Source: Mobula birostris
Taxonomy: Eukaryota
Length of the DNA: 64,000 nucleotides
Assembly (NCBI RefSeq): GCF_030028105.1
Contig: NC_092380.1
Location: 83,945,717-84,009,716, forward strand
Reading direction: 5' to 3'
Made by a program: the position numbers and the translations under genes
The notes under the pieces: model-generated
The model's input: the letters and a program-made list of their open reading frames with translations, nothing else
What the model was told of the DNA's origin: nothing
Database searches by the model: none
Shown: piece by piece, positions 62,651-64,000 of the stretch
How the letters are laid out: every line of letters begins with the position of its first letter
How positions within the stretch are numbered: position 1 is the stretch's first letter

Positions 62651-63694
62651 TTTAATTTTATTTTAGTCTGACCTTGATTCTACTTACTGCCCTTTCCTAA
62701 TGGATTTAAGCTGCACTATTGCTTTTTTTATGCACCTCATGTAACCTCTACCCTTCCATAATCTCTGTGTCCAACCCCATACTTCTGACGCAATCAAGCT
62801 CTCATACTTCTACCAACTAATTTATAACCTAATAGGTATTCAACACAACTCTTATTATCTGACACATTTGGGACTTTGGAGACATTGATTGGCAATCATT
62901 CTGGACTATCATATTAATAATCCAACATAGTTTATATTCACATTGATTAAATGTTAAAGAGTACTAAGACATTTTCCAGTGAACTTGGTAAATTTAAAAG
63001 ATGGGCAGGAACCGGTGAACTGGTAATTTTTAAAGGAGTCCAGTAAACTGGGTTCCATTGACTTTCAGAGAATGCAGGCACCAGTGCCCTGCATAACTTC
63101 AAGGAAGCATGAGGTGCACTGTATGTCAGTGTCAGAAGACCAAGGGAATGATAATCTGTGAGCCAGGTACTGATACATTGGGATTTCTGGACAGTCAGAA
63201 AACAGATTATCAGAGTTTTACTGTGTTCAGTTATAACATGATCAGCTGGGTCAGGAAGTGAGAAGACAGGAAAGATGAACTGATTCAAGGCAACATAACG
63301 ACATAAAGTAGTTATAATTCATGATGCATTCAAATTAAGGAATTGGTCAGTCACTGTCATAGAGACAGACTAAGTGATATGAAAAGAAGAGGATGAAGAC
63401 TTGTGTAAGAAATTACAGTAAAAGAAGAGTAAAGAACATAAGATTATAATCACAGGACTTGCCTAGATTTTAGTCTGCCATTGCTTCAGTTTGAGAATAC
63501 TCAGATATGTTTTCAGATCCCTCCATGACCTCTGTCCTCCTACAACTTCCTCCAACATTATAACCAGGGAAGAACAGGCAAAACCATAGGACTTACGAAA
63601 GGTATTAGTTCTTCTAGAAATAAGATGCAGGAATTATTTTATCAAGACTGCATCACAGATAATTGATGATAAACCAAAGAATCAATGGAGATGT

Positions 63695-64000
63695 AGAACA
63701 TTAGAACTTTAGAAAGCGTTTGACAAGAACAGTCCATTCAGCCCAACAAAGCTCACCAAATTCCTATTCACGCAGTGTGTTAAATAACTATTGAGTTTAG
63801 GTTTGGACATCCCTAAGGTACTACTCTCAACTATATAACTAGGTAGCTTATTTTTCCATGTGTCCACAACTCGCTGTGTAAAAAAATGCTTCCTGATGTT
63901 AGTCTGAAATCTCCCTTCAACCCGTCTCCACCTATGGCCCCATGTTCTTGTTGAGGGATTAACTTTGAAGTAGCAGCTGGCATCCACCTTACTTATACCC
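63695..64000 (-). mobile_element. CR1 LINE 3' end, runs off the window
   Basis: RTWGHRW..FQTNIRKHFFTQRVVDTW. Confidence 0.85.

Overview
This is AT-rich vertebrate genomic DNA made up mostly of transposable elements. The repeat set (CR1/HER1-type LINEs, HE1-like V-SINEs, Penelope-like GIY-YIG elements, Rex1/Babar, RTE) suggests a cartilaginous fish, probably a ray; this is an inference. I could not identify any host gene. A few small frame-compatible exon candidates lie on the minus strand, at low confidence. Nearly all long ORFs are LINE ORF1/ORF2 fragments or their antisense shadows. Main points: (1) about ten dispersed Penelope-derived terminal-repeat copies carry a minimal type I hammerhead-ribozyme motif (CTGANGA...GAAA-CG-TC), and most have lost a catalytic base, apparently by CpG decay. 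(2) A 5'-truncated but fully open 551-codon RLE-type non-LTR retrotransposon (HERO-like) lies at 40.8-42.6 kb. (3) Two related solo LTRs (TGTCA...TGACA, perfect 5-bp TSDs) have each amplified different internal minisatellites. (4) A nested CR1/CR1/LTR stack spans 27.6-35.6 kb. (5) There are also two internally deleted Harbinger elements, a decayed Gypsy provirus, a small non-autonomous LTR element and an unexplained 290-bp fold-back. Boundaries of old elements are approximate; boundaries defined by TSDs are exact.
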